The notes: a model not told the origin generated them from the letters alone. DNA of 64,000 nt from an uncultured Candidatus Saccharibacteria bacterium (GCA_964449385.1 CAYUYO010000003.1:483-64482); one strand, 5' to 3'. Shown: positions 38,828 to 48,310, numbered from the stretch's first letter. Made by a program: numbers and translations.

Positions 38828-39022
38828 TTACATTTCTGGAGTTTCAGATGGCGGTTGAAATGGAGGAGTTTCTGGTGGTGTTGGAGATGTAGGCGGAATA
38901 AAAGGTTCTTCAGGTTCTTCAGATTCTTTAGGTGAAACAGGGCCCTTTTTCTTTCCAGTTGTTAAATAATATATTATTAGTCCGATTACTACTACTGCGA
39001 CAAGTATCCAAAAAAGAGTCAT
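38828..39022 (-). CDS. Small membrane protein with proline-rich tail
   Basis: One TM (LFWILVAVVVIGLIIYYL), then PEEPFIPPTSPTPPETPPFQPP. Confidence 0.5.
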   Translation of the reverse strand: MTLFWILVAVVVIGLIIYYLTTGKKKGPVSPKESEEPEEPFIPPTSPTPPETPPFQPPSETPEM

Positions 39023-39118
39023 AATTATTAGAAATTAATTATTTAAAAAGATTTTTCGACCTTGTTGTAAAAACTTCTATTTTTATTTTCTCTTTTCATT
39101 GCTTTTTTGTCAAGCTTA

Positions 39119-40372
39119 CTAAGAGAGAATTTTATAAATATCTCCTGCTCCCATAATTATTATTACTTCTCCACCCTTCAAGTTTGTCTTTAAATACTGT
39201 TGAATTTTCTTTTTTGGTAAATATATTGCCTGAGGTTTATCAATTGCTTTGATTAGTTTTTTTGAATTTACTTTTTCTTTTATTTTCTTTTCTTCTCTGC
39301 CAGCTACGTCATAAATATCGGTTATTATCAGTTTATCAATAGATGCTTCTTTAAATGTTTTAACAAAATCCTTGAATAGATAAAAAGTTCTTTGATATTG
39401 ATGTGGTTGAAAAACGCACCAAATTTTCTTTTTAGGATATTTTTCTTTAGCTGCTTGAAGAGTTGCTTTAATTTCTGTTGGATGATGAGCATAGTCAAAG
39501 ATAATTTTAAATTTTAAATTATTAATTTTTAAATTTTTTTCTTCAAACCTTCGCCAGCTTCCTTTGAATTCTGATAAGGATTTGAAAGAAATTTTGTCTG
39601 GAATTTTCAAAACTTGAGCTGTAGCCAGAGCTGCCAAGGCATTGGAAATATTATATTCCCCAGGAACTTTAAGAATTTTCTTTAATTTTTTAGCAATTTC
39701 AGTATTTTTATATTCTTTTTCTGTTATTAATATTCCGTTCTTTTTTAATTTTTTAGTAAATTTTTTAAATACTCTTAAAACATTGTTAAAGTTTTTAAAA
39801 TAATCTAAATGTTCAGCTTCAATATTGGTAATTATTATTATATTAGGATGATAATTCAAAAATGATTCTTTGTGCTCGCAGGCTTCAATTACTAAATATT
39901 TACTCTTCCCTACTCTGCAATTTGAATTACCGAATTCTTTAACCTTTGTGCCAACGATAACAGTTGGATCAAGTCCGGCTTTAGTTAATAAAAGGCCGAG
40001 CATTGCCGTAGTTGTGCTTTTTCCATGAGTGCCTGAAACAGCAATTGTAAAGTAATTTTTAGTTAATTCTCCTAAATTTTCTGGATAGCTTTGAGATTTT
40101 ATTTTTAGTTTTTTTGCTTCTTTTAATTCCGAATTATTTTTTTTAACTGCCGGACTATAAATTACTAAATCAACATCCTTTGATAAATTCTTAGTTTTGT
40201 GTTTTCCTATAAAAATTTTAACTTCTGTTTTTTTAAGAGTTTCAGTAATTTCCGAAGAAACTAAATCTGAACCAGTTATTTGATAACCATTTTTAAGATA
40301 ATATTTAGCTAGAGCTGAAACTCCAATACCGCCTATGCCGATAAAATGTATTTTCAATTTTTTAACGGACAT
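39119..40372 (-). CDS. murC: UDP-N-acetylmuramate--L-alanine ligase MurC
   Basis: HFIGIGGIGVSALA N-domain and VSGTHGKSTTTAM P-loop. Confidence 0.92.
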   Translation of the reverse strand: MSVKKLKIHFIGIGGIGVSALAKYYLKNGYQITGSDLVSSEITETLKKTEVKIFIGKHKTKNLSKDVDLVIYSPAVKKNNSELKEAKKLKIKSQSYPENLGELTKNYFTIAVSGTHGKSTTTAMLGLLLTKAGLDPTVIVGTKVKEFGNSNCRVGKSKYLVIEACEHKESFLNYHPNIIIITNIEAEHLDYFKNFNNVLRVFKKFTKKLKKNGILITEKEYKNTEIAKKLKKILKVPGEYNISNALAALATAQVLKIPDKISFKSLSEFKGSWRRFEEKNLKINNLKFKIIFDYAHHPTEIKATLQAAKEKYPKKKIWCVFQPHQYQRTFYLFKDFVKTFKEASIDKLIITDIYDVAGREEKKIKEKVNSKKLIKAIDKPQAIYLPKKKIQQYLKTNLKGGEVIIIMGAGDIYKILS

Positions 40373-40851
40373 GATTCTAAAATAATATAATTAGGTCCTC
40401 CTCTTTTTAATTCGCTTTTCATTACTTCAATTGAATTTACTTCAAAAGTTAAATTTATTTCTTCTGAAACTTCCGGTCTTTCTTCGGGTTCAATTTGTCT
40501 AAATTCCCAAGTTCTAATCCTTCCCAAAGTAATATGAGGCAAAAGATTAAATTCCTGACATTTTTCTCCCGTAATCCAAACCATTCTCGGAGGCATTTTT
40601 TTTGGCGGGCCATAGCATATTTTATTAAGAGTAATAAAAAAGGATTTATGCTTTAAAGCTAGTTCTCTGGTATTTTGGAAAGTCTTTAGAAGCTCTTCGT
40701 CTGTAATATAACCTAAAAATTCCAATGTAATATGAAGGTTTTCTTTTTTAGTCCACCTAACAGGTAATTCCGGCCATTTTGATTGATAGTTTTCTAACCT
40801 CTTTTTAATATCCTCCGGCAGATTTATGGCAATAAAAATTCGATGTCCCAT
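40354..40851 (-). CDS. thpR: 2H-phosphoesterase: RNA 2',3'-cyclic phosphodiesterase / 2'-5' RNA ligase (ThpR/LigT)
   Basis: Two HxT motifs (LHITLEFLG and PHITLGR). Confidence 0.8.
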   Translation of the reverse strand: MGHRIFIAINLPEDIKKRLENYQSKWPELPVRWTKKENLHITLEFLGYITDEELLKTFQNTRELALKHKSFFITLNKICYGPPKKMPPRMVWITGEKCQEFNLLPHITLGRIRTWEFRQIEPEERPEVSEEINLTFEVNSIEVMKSELKRGGPNYIILESCPLKN

Positions 40852-40893
40852 GCTTCAATTTTATCATTAAAAAAGTTAAAATAAAAATGAGTT

Positions 40894-41790
40894 ATGAAAC
40901 AAGCTTATCTATATAAAAAACTCAAAGATAAAAAGGTTCAATGTCAGAATTGTGCTCATTATTGTATTATTGAAAATGGAAAACGAGGAATTTGTGGTGT
41001 TCGAGAAAATCAAGACGGTGAATTATATACTTTAAATTATGAAAAAATTATTGTTCTTAATTTTGATCCTATTGAGAAAAAGCCATTTTATCATTTTTTA
41101 CCGGGTACTTATTCTCTATCAATAGCTACTGTCGGTTGTAATTTTAAGTGTAAAAGTTGTCAAAATTGGGATATTTCTCAAATGCCTCAATTGACTGGTA
41201 AAATCGCTGGCCAAGAAATTTCTCCAAAAGAAATTGTAAAAATAGCTCTTAAAAATAATTTGCTAAGCATTTCTTATACTTACACAGAACCTGCTATTTT
41301 TTCAGAATATGCCTTGGAAACAATGAAATTAGCTAAAAAACAAGGGATTAAAAATTGCTGGGTTTCTAATGGTTTTTGGTCAAAGGAGTTGTTTGATTTA
41401 ATTTTTCCCTATTTGGATGCTGCCAATATTGATCTAAAGAGCTTTGAAGATGATTTTTATATTAAATATTGCTCTGGAAGATTACAGCCGGTTTTAGATA
41501 CTCTTAAACGGTTAAAAAAGAAAAAAATCTGGACTGAAATTACTACTTTAGTTATTCCTACCCTTAATGACAAAGAAGAAAACTTTGAGAACATTGCTAA
41601 GTTTATTAAAAATGAATTAGGTTTAGAAACTCCATGGCATATTAGCCAATTTTCCGGAGCAATTTCTTGGAAACTTAAAGATTTACCCGATACGCCAGTA
41701 GAAACTCTTAAAAAAGCATATCAAATAGGTAAAGAAAATGGTTTGAAATATGTTCATATTGGAAATATCCCGGGATTAACTACAAAATAA
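40894..41790 (+). CDS. AmmeMemoRadiSam-system radical SAM enzyme
   Basis: N-terminal Cys cluster CQNCAHYC...CGV, radical SAM CNFKCKSCQNW, ~298 aa. Operon partners are the LigB/Memo-like protein and AMMECR1. Confidence 0.85.
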   Translation: MKQAYLYKKLKDKKVQCQNCAHYCIIENGKRGICGVRENQDGELYTLNYEKIIVLNFDPIEKKPFYHFLPGTYSLSIATVGCNFKCKSCQNWDISQMPQLTGKIAGQEISPKEIVKIALKNNLLSISYTYTEPAIFSEYALETMKLAKKQGIKNCWVSNGFWSKELFDLIFPYLDAANIDLKSFEDDFYIKYCSGRLQPVLDTLKRLKKKKIWTEITTLVIPTLNDKEENFENIAKFIKNELGLETPWHISQFSGAISWKLKDLPDTPVETLKKAYQIGKENGLKYVHIGNIPGLTTK

Positions 41791-41794
41791 AATT

Positions 41795-42415
41795 ATGTTA
41801 TCCTTTGCTGCTATTTCTCCTCATCCGCCAATAATACTTCCCTCGGTTGGTTCGAAAGAAGACCGTCTTCAAATTAAAAAGACTATTGAGAGTTTGGAAT
41901 ATTTGGGAAAGGAGTTAAATCAATTAAATATTGATTCAATAATAATTTCTTCTCCTCATCCCGATTGGGGTTTTAACGTTCCTCTATTCTTTTTAACTAA
42001 AGATTTTAAAGGAAAGATTGAACAATATCTTACTGGCATAGAGTCCCCACAATTTTATTTTGAAGAAGGCAAGAGAATTTACACAAAATATAATATACAA
42101 GATACAAAATACAAAATCGCTATTATAGCTAGTGGTGATATGTCTCATTGCTTAAAAGAAGATGGTCCCTATGGGTTTCATCCTGATGGTCCAGAGTTTG
42201 ATAAGGCTCTAATAGAATATTTAAAACGAAAAGATATTAAAAACATTTTAAAATTAGATGAAATATTTCCCGAAGCTAGTGAATGCGGATTAAGATCTTT
42301 TTGTTTTCTTTTGGGAATTTTAGAAGAGTCAGGTATTAATTGGCAGCCGGAAATTTTATCTTACGAAGGTCCCTTCGGCGTTGGTTATTTAGTAGTAAAT
42401 TTTAAATTGAGATGA
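41795..42415 (+). CDS. Class III extradiol dioxygenase-fold (LigB/Memo-like) protein
   Basis: AISPHPPIILP, IIISSPH, IIASGDMSHCL are metal-ligand histidine motifs typical of the LigB/Memo fold. Confidence 0.7.
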   Translation: MLSFAAISPHPPIILPSVGSKEDRLQIKKTIESLEYLGKELNQLNIDSIIISSPHPDWGFNVPLFFLTKDFKGKIEQYLTGIESPQFYFEEGKRIYTKYNIQDTKYKIAIIASGDMSHCLKEDGPYGFHPDGPEFDKALIEYLKRKDIKNILKLDEIFPEASECGLRSFCFLLGILEESGINWQPEILSYEGPFGVGYLVVNFKLR

Positions 42416-42717
42416 AATTTATATTAAAAGGGCTTTTTAAGGAAAATATATATAACCTGATGAGAGAAAGTGGTTATTACTTTCAGGGTAAAAATGAAGA
42501 GAAAGGAGAGTCAAATTTTGTTAGACCTCCACGTAATTATCCAAGATTTCATATTTATTTAAAAGTTGAGAGCGAAAATTTAATCTTTAATTTACATTTA
42601 GATCAAAAAAAACCAATTTATAAAGGTATTCCAGCTCATAGCGGAGAATATGAAGGTAAAGTGGTAGAACAAGAAGCAGAAAGAATTAAGCAAATTTTAA
42701 AAAATAATAGTTTATGA
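42412..42717 (+). CDS. Hypothetical 101-aa protein embedded in the AmmeMemoRadiSam operon
   Basis: ATGA overlaps at both ends (42412-15 and 42714-17). No motif I recognise (YPRFHIYLKVE...HLDQKKPIYKGIPAHSGEYEG). Confidence 0.6.
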   Translation: MKFILKGLFKENIYNLMRESGYYFQGKNEEKGESNFVRPPRNYPRFHIYLKVESENLIFNLHLDQKKPIYKGIPAHSGEYEGKVVEQEAERIKQILKNNSL

Positions 42718-43226
42718 ATTTTTTAGTTTTATTGGCTAAAAATACAGTTGAAAATTATATTGAAAAAGGAGAGATTATTTCTTTGCCAGAGAATTTACCC
42801 GAGGAATTTTTGATAAAAAAATCAGGAGTTTTTATTACTATTATGAAAAATAAAGAATTAAGAGGGTGCGTCGGCACTTATTTGCCGACTAAAAAAAATA
42901 TTGCTGAAGAAATTATCGCTAACGCTATTGCCGCTGCTACCGAGGATTATCGTTTTGGACTAATTCAAAAAGAAGAACTTCCAGAGCTTTCATATATGGT
43001 TTATATTTTAAATAAACCGGAATTAGTTAAAGATATTAAAGAATTAAACCCTAAAAAATACGGGATAATTGTAAAAAGCGGACCAAGAACCGGACTTTTG
43101 CTTCCCGACTTAGAAGGAATAAAAACAACTGAAAAACAAGTTTCAATTGCTTGTCAAAAAGCCGGGATTGACCCGGCTCAGGAGAAAATTTTAATTTATA
43201 AATTTACCGTTGAGAACTACCAGTAA
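42714..43226 (+). CDS. AMMECR1-domain protein (AmmeMemoRadiSam system protein A)
   Basis: Signature LRGCVGTY and GLLLPD. Confidence 0.88.
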   Translation: MNFLVLLAKNTVENYIEKGEIISLPENLPEEFLIKKSGVFITIMKNKELRGCVGTYLPTKKNIAEEIIANAIAAATEDYRFGLIQKEELPELSYMVYILNKPELVKDIKELNPKKYGIIVKSGPRTGLLLPDLEGIKTTEKQVSIACQKAGIDPAQEKILIYKFTVENYQ

Positions 43227-44307
43227 TAAACTCCTCTACCATTTCGCTTGCTTGTTCATCGGTAAATTGCTGAGGCGGGTGTTTCATTAAATAAGATGAG
43301 GCAGAAGTTAAAGGACCGCTAATTTTCCTGTCTAAAGCTATTTTTATCAGTCTTATAGCATCAATAACACAGCCTGCTGAGTTTGGTGAATCTTCAACTG
43401 AAAGTCTTAATTCTAACTCAACCGGAATATTTCCAAATTTTCTTCCTTCTATCCTAATAAAACAAATTTTATTATCTTTTAGCCAAGGAATATAATCTGA
43501 AGGGCCGATATGAAGATCATCATAATCCAATCTTTTTGAGAGTTGTGATTCTACACTTTCGGTTTTGGAAATCTTTTTTGATTTTAATCTTTCCTGAGAG
43601 AGCATATTTAAAAAATCAGTGTTCCCGCCAACGTTTAACTGATAAGATTTATCAATTATTACTCCCCTTTTGGAAAAAAGATTGCTTAAAGTCCGGTGAA
43701 TAATTGTAGCTCCAACTTGGCTCTTAACATCATCGCCAATAATAGGCAAATTATTCTTTTCAAACTTCTTTGCCCAGTTTTTATCTGAAGCAATAAAAAC
43801 AGGCATACAATTGATAAAAGCGCAGCCTGCTTTTAAAGCAGATTCAGCATAAAATTCAACTGCCTTCTGAGAACCAACAGGCAAATAGTTAATTAAAACT
43901 TCAGCTCCAGATTTCTTTAATTCTTGAACCACATCAATTGTTTTTTCTTCAGAAAGAACAAATCTTTTTTCTTCAGGATATTTTTTCAAATGAGAAGCTA
44001 TTCCATCTAAAACCGGTCCTTTTTTTACTTTTACTTTTAAATTTGGTATTCTTGAATAAAAGACCTTAGTGCAATTTGGTTTAGCAAAGATTGCTGAAGA
44101 TAAGTCTTTCCCCACTTTTCTTTTATCAATATCAAAAGCAGCTACAGGTTGAATATCAGAAATTTTGTAGTCGCCTAAGATTGGATGCATTAATCCCGAG
44201 ACAAAAGTTTTTTCGTCTTTTATATCTTTGTAATAAAAAATTCCTTGAATTAAGCTGGAACAACAATTTCCAACTCCAACAATAGCAATTTTAATTTGTT
44301 TATTCAT
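43204..44307 (-). CDS. myo-Inositol-1-phosphate (inositol-3-phosphate) synthase
   Basis: KIAIVGVGNCCSSLIQGI N-terminus, GDDVKSQVGATI, SPNSAGCVIDAIR. Confidence 0.82.
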   Translation of the reverse strand: MNKQIKIAIVGVGNCCSSLIQGIFYYKDIKDEKTFVSGLMHPILGDYKISDIQPVAAFDIDKRKVGKDLSSAIFAKPNCTKVFYSRIPNLKVKVKKGPVLDGIASHLKKYPEEKRFVLSEEKTIDVVQELKKSGAEVLINYLPVGSQKAVEFYAESALKAGCAFINCMPVFIASDKNWAKKFEKNNLPIIGDDVKSQVGATIIHRTLSNLFSKRGVIIDKSYQLNVGGNTDFLNMLSQERLKSKKISKTESVESQLSKRLDYDDLHIGPSDYIPWLKDNKICFIRIEGRKFGNIPVELELRLSVEDSPNSAGCVIDAIRLIKIALDRKISGPLTSASSYLMKHPPQQFTDEQASEMVEEFITGSSQR

Positions 44308-44309
44308 TG

Positions 44310-44335
44310 TACTATTTTACCATCGTAAAATAGTA
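44310..44335. promoter_or_regulatory. Perfect 10-bp inverted repeat, candidate PadR operator
   Basis: TACTATTTTA-ccatcg-TAAAATAGTA in the 44-bp divergent gap between the inositol-phosphate synthase and PadR genes. Confidence 0.5.
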
Positions 44336-44351
44336 TGTCAAGTGGAAAACT

Positions 44352-44666
44352 ATGTTACCTATTGAACATCTTCGCAAATCAAATACAATAGAAAATCTCT
44401 GGATTTATATTCTTACTTTGCTTAAAACTAAAAAAAGAGAAATCTATGGTTGGGAGCTTTTAGTTCTGATCAAAAAAGAGTTTAATTTTAAACCAGGCAA
44501 AATTACTCCCTATAGAGTTCTTTATCGCTTAGAAAAAGACGGTTTTGTCAAAAGTGGGATGAAAGGAAGAAGAAGAATTTATCAAATTACTAGAAATGGA
44601 GAGAGAGAATTAGAGTTAGCCAAAGAATTTTATAAAAAAATTTTGAATAAGTTACAAAAAAAATGA
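44352..44666 (+). CDS. PadR-family transcriptional regulator
   Basis: Winged-helix pattern YGWEL...ITPYRVLYRLEKDGFV. Confidence 0.85.
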   Translation: MLPIEHLRKSNTIENLWIYILTLLKTKKREIYGWELLVLIKKEFNFKPGKITPYRVLYRLEKDGFVKSGMKGRRRIYQITRNGERELELAKEFYKKILNKLQKK

Positions 44667-45331
44667 TCAATCAGAAAATTAGTAAAATACTAAATGAAAT
44701 AGGAGATCTGTTAGATGTAAAAGGAGTAGCTTTCAAGCCCAAGGCCTATAGAAAAGCAGCTAAAGCTTTAGAAGATTTAAAAGAAGATGTTTTTGAAATT
44801 TATAAAAATAAGAAGTTGAAAGGGCTTGAAGAAATCAAAGGGATTGGAAAAAGTATTGCCAGAAAAATTGAAGAATATTTTAAAAAGGGAAAAGTTAAAT
44901 ATTATGAAGAGCTCAAAGAAGAAACAGCTATTCGTCAAATTATTACTCATTATTTTAAAACTAAAGGATTGAGTTTGGAACAACTTAAAAAAGATGCTAA
45001 AAAGAAAAAAATTATTTATTCACGATTTACCAGGCCGGCAAAACAGCTTTTGATTTTATCTGGTTCAATGAAAAAAGCCAAAACAGCAATTGATAAAGTT
45101 GCCGAATGGGCAAAATCAAGAAATTTAGACTATTCTATTGAAACCGTATTCAAAAAATGGCTTGAGCTAGATAGATTAAAACCAAAAGAAATAGTTAAAA
45201 AACCTTATTATTATGGAGATCTTATGGTTTGGTCACAAACCAAAAGAAAATGGTATGTTATTGATAAAAGTGGTGACTGGCTGGAATTTGCCGGGGAAAA
45301 GGAAGAAATTAAATGGCAAATAGAAAAATAA
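44663..45331 (+). CDS. Helix-hairpin-helix protein: PolX-type N-terminal (8-kDa/lyase-like) module fused to an unknown C-terminal domain
   Basis: The first ~85 aa (ILNEIGDLLDVKGVAFKPKAYRKAAKALEDL...IKGIGKSIARKIEEY) resemble the Pol beta/PolX N-terminus. No polymerase palm motifs follow. Confidence 0.6.
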   Translation: MINQKISKILNEIGDLLDVKGVAFKPKAYRKAAKALEDLKEDVFEIYKNKKLKGLEEIKGIGKSIARKIEEYFKKGKVKYYEELKEETAIRQIITHYFKTKGLSLEQLKKDAKKKKIIYSRFTRPAKQLLILSGSMKKAKTAIDKVAEWAKSRNLDYSIETVFKKWLELDRLKPKEIVKKPYYYGDLMVWSQTKRKWYVIDKSGDWLEFAGEKEEIKWQIEK

Positions 45332-46308
45332 AAATTATTTTTATAGGTACTCCCGAGTTCGGGGCAATTATTTTAAAGAAGCTTATTGAAAATGAATATA
45401 AGCCGGATTTGGTGATTACTGCGTCCGATAAACCAGTTGGCAGAAAACAAATTTTAACTCCTTCATCGGTTAAAATTTTGGCCCAAAAATATAAAATTCC
45501 AGTTTTACAATCAGAAAAAATTGAGAATTTGAAATTGAAAATTGAAAGTTTAAAACCGGATTTGGGAATTGTTGCAGCATATGGCCAAATTATACCAAAA
45601 AATATGTTAAATATTCCTAAGTATGGATTTATTAATGTTCATCCTTCTTTACTCCCAAAATATCGTGGAGCTTCTCCTATTCAAAGTGTAATTCTGAATG
45701 GTGAGAAAAAAACTGGAATAACTATAATATTAATGGATGAAAAAATAGACCATGGTCCGATTCTTAGCCAAAGAAGTATAGAAATTGAGAAAGATGAAAC
45801 TTCAACTACTCTTTATCCTAAATTAGCTAATTTAGGAGCAGAACTTTTAATAGAAACTATTTTGGAATTTCAAAAAGGCTTAGTTAAATCTCGTTCCCAG
45901 GAAAATTCTCAGGCTACTTATACTAAAACTTTAACTCGGCAAGATGGTAAAATTAACTGGAAAAAAACCGCTGAAGATTTAAACAGGCAAATTAGAGCTT
46001 ATGACTTATGGCCAGGAAGTTTTACATTTTGGCAAAAAAGAAATGGTAATCTACTAAGAATTAAAATCTTAAAAGCTAGATTTTTTAAATCAATAGGTGG
46101 TGTTGCCTATTCTGTTGGTAAAATACTTGTTGTTCCTCAAAATGAAATTGGTGTTCAATGCGGTATATTATATCATGGGACGAAAGGTTCTATTAAAGGT
46201 GGAGATTTTTTGGCCATTGAAAAGTTACAGATAGAGGGAAAAGAAGAAATGAATGCTGAAGATTTTTTAAGAGGTCACCCTGATTTTATTGGTACTATTT
46301 TGAAATGA
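45313..46308 (+). CDS. fmt: Methionyl-tRNA formyltransferase
   Basis: IIFIGTPEFG, INVHPSLLPKYRGASPIQ. Confidence 0.93.
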   Translation: MANRKIKIIFIGTPEFGAIILKKLIENEYKPDLVITASDKPVGRKQILTPSSVKILAQKYKIPVLQSEKIENLKLKIESLKPDLGIVAAYGQIIPKNMLNIPKYGFINVHPSLLPKYRGASPIQSVILNGEKKTGITIILMDEKIDHGPILSQRSIEIEKDETSTTLYPKLANLGAELLIETILEFQKGLVKSRSQENSQATYTKTLTRQDGKINWKKTAEDLNRQIRAYDLWPGSFTFWQKRNGNLLRIKILKARFFKSIGGVAYSVGKILVVPQNEIGVQCGILYHGTKGSIKGGDFLAIEKLQIEGKEEMNAEDFLRGHPDFIGTILK

Positions 46309-46874
46309 GTATTATCTCCTATGCTGAATTAAAAAAAGGAGTAAGAATTATTTTAGATAAACAGCCTTATGAAATAATTGATACCTCTCGCTTTTTTAAG
46401 GGAAGAGGCAATTCGGTTTTGCAAGTGAAATTAAAAAATTTAATTAACAATAATCAAGTTTCTAAAACCTTTCATCCTTCTGATACTTTTGAGGAAGCTA
46501 ATCTTTCAAAAATTAAAGCTGAGTTTTTATATTTTCACCGAGATAAATTTTTCTTTTCCGAAATTGAAAATTCAGCTAAAAGATTTGATTTAAACTTAGA
46601 ACAAGTTGGTGAACAGGGAAAATTTTTAAAACCAAATCAAATTATTGAAGGAATTATTTTTAATGATAAAATTATTAATATTTCTTTACCGATAAAACTT
46701 AATTTAAAAACGATTGAAGCTCCGCCAGGGGTTAGAGCTGGTCGGGCAGAACCTGGAACAAAAGTAGTTACCTTAGAAAGCGGAGCTAAAATAAATGCTC
46801 CTCTATTTATAAAAGAGGGAGATATTATTGAAGTTAATACTCAAACCGGCCAGTATGTAAGAAGAATTGAGTAA
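46305..46874 (+). CDS. efp: Elongation factor P
   Basis: Three-domain EF-P pattern (PYEIIDTSRFFKGRGNSVLQVKLKNL, GVRAGRAEPGTK). Confidence 0.93.
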   Translation: MSIISYAELKKGVRIILDKQPYEIIDTSRFFKGRGNSVLQVKLKNLINNNQVSKTFHPSDTFEEANLSKIKAEFLYFHRDKFFFSEIENSAKRFDLNLEQVGEQGKFLKPNQIIEGIIFNDKIINISLPIKLNLKTIEAPPGVRAGRAEPGTKVVTLESGAKINAPLFIKEGDIIEVNTQTGQYVRRIE

Positions 46875-46885
46875 ATTATATTTTA

Positions 46886-47452
46886 TTATTTTGTTTTACT
46901 TTTAAGATAAAATCGCCATTTTCTCCGAGACCAATAAAGCCCTGCATAATCAATTCCAATTCTTTTAGTTGCTATAATTTGAGAAGACTTGATCTTTATT
47001 TTTTCTCTATCTTCCAGCCAAATTCTTTTGCTATTAACTAAATCTTCTCCATAAAACGATTTGTCTAGCTTTAAGTATTGACAAAGTTTTCCGGGACCAG
47101 AAGCTAAATTTCCTAAATTTAAATCCAATGCTCTTATTAATACACATTCTGGCTTTCCTTTTTCATTGGTAGTTATATTCATTTGCCAGTACATTCCGTA
47201 AACTAAATAAATATATATATAACCACCAATTAAATATTCAATTTGGTTCCTTTTTGTCAGCTTTCCTTTATAAGTATGAGCTGCTTTATCTTGAGGTCCG
47301 ATGTAAGCTTCAGTTTCTATAATTTTTCCAATTAACTTCTTTTTTCCGATTTTTCTGATAATATATTTTCCTAGAAGCTCTTTTGCTATCTTTAATGTTG
47401 CTTGGGTATAAAAACTTCTGCCCAATTTTTTTTTAAAGTTGTTCAATTTCAA
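46886..47452 (-). CDS. mpg: DNA-3-methyladenine glycosylase (Mpg/AAG family)
   Basis: LLGKYIIRK..., IIETEAYIGPQDKAAHTY, YLVYGMYW, GPGKLCQ. Confidence 0.85.
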   Translation of the reverse strand: MKLNNFKKKLGRSFYTQATLKIAKELLGKYIIRKIGKKKLIGKIIETEAYIGPQDKAAHTYKGKLTKRNQIEYLIGGYIYIYLVYGMYWQMNITTNEKGKPECVLIRALDLNLGNLASGPGKLCQYLKLDKSFYGEDLVNSKRIWLEDREKIKIKSSQIIATKRIGIDYAGLYWSRRKWRFYLKSKTK

Positions 47453-47669
47453 AAATTTTATTTCGCTGTTTAAATCCTTTAATCAATCTAATTTTTGATT
47501 CGGGAATTTTAAAATAAGAAGAAAGAATTTTTACTACTTCCCTATTTGCTCTGCCCATTAAAGGCTTTTCTTTTGTTTTTATCTCAAAACTATCTTCTGA
47601 TTTTTTTATAATTTCCTCTTTTTTTGAATTTGGAAAAGCTTTAACCCTTATTAACATAAGAAAATGCAT
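47433..47669 (-). CDS. DUF167 (YggU-like) protein
   Basis: ~75 aa with IRVKAFPNSKKEEI and GRANREVVKILS. Confidence 0.7.
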   Translation of the reverse strand: MHFLMLIRVKAFPNSKKEEIIKKSEDSFEIKTKEKPLMGRANREVVKILSSYFKIPESKIRLIKGFKQRNKIFEIEQL

Positions 47670-47676
47670 TCAATTA

Positions 47677-48246
47677 TTATTGAATTTCTAAAAGTTCAAC
47701 TTCAAAAATTAATGTAGCATTAGTAGGTATTGTTCCAGGTCTACCTGCTTCTCCGTAAGCCAATCTGGGGCCAATTGTTAATTTTCTCTTTTCACCAATC
47801 TGCATTCCTAAAACTCCTTGCTCCCATCCTTGAATTACTTTTCCTAAACCTAAAGTAAAGCTAAATGGCTGTCCTCTGTCTATACTGGAATCAAACTTTG
47901 TTTCATCTTCCAACATACCTGTATAGTGAACAATTACTATATCACCGTTATCAGCTCTTTTACCTGTTCCTTCTTCTAGGATTTCTTTTTTTAATTCTCC
48001 TTTCTTACATTTCCCATTATAGAAATCCCATTGGTTACATTCTGAACCATCTATAAACATACAAGAAGCTCTTACTCCAGCTTCAAACATAACACTTTCT
48101 AAAGTTCCTCCTTGTTCTTCACAATGAATTGCAGCAGGATTTGCTAGTTGAGATTCTTCTTCTGAAGCTTTTTCATAAAAGCCGAAATAATACACTAATC
48201 CTCCAGTAATTAAAATTAAAATGATAATTAAGATATTTTTATTCAT
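47677..48246 (-). CDS. Secreted FKBP-type peptidyl-prolyl isomerase with Cys-rich DUF333-like N-domain
   Basis: TM/signal; ANPAAIHCEEQGG...CNQWDFYNGKC; FKBP core VHYTGMLEDETKFDSS, VIQGWEQG, LIFEVELLEI. Confidence 0.85.
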   Translation of the reverse strand: MNKNILIIILILITGGLVYYFGFYEKASEEESQLANPAAIHCEEQGGTLESVMFEAGVRASCMFIDGSECNQWDFYNGKCKKGELKKEILEEGTGKRADNGDIVIVHYTGMLEDETKFDSSIDRGQPFSFTLGLGKVIQGWEQGVLGMQIGEKRKLTIGPRLAYGEAGRPGTIPTNATLIFEVELLEIQ

Positions 48247-48310
48247 ATTTTTAATTAATAATTATTTATTATTCAACCTTTTATTATTATACCAAAAAAT
48301 TACCTTAAAC

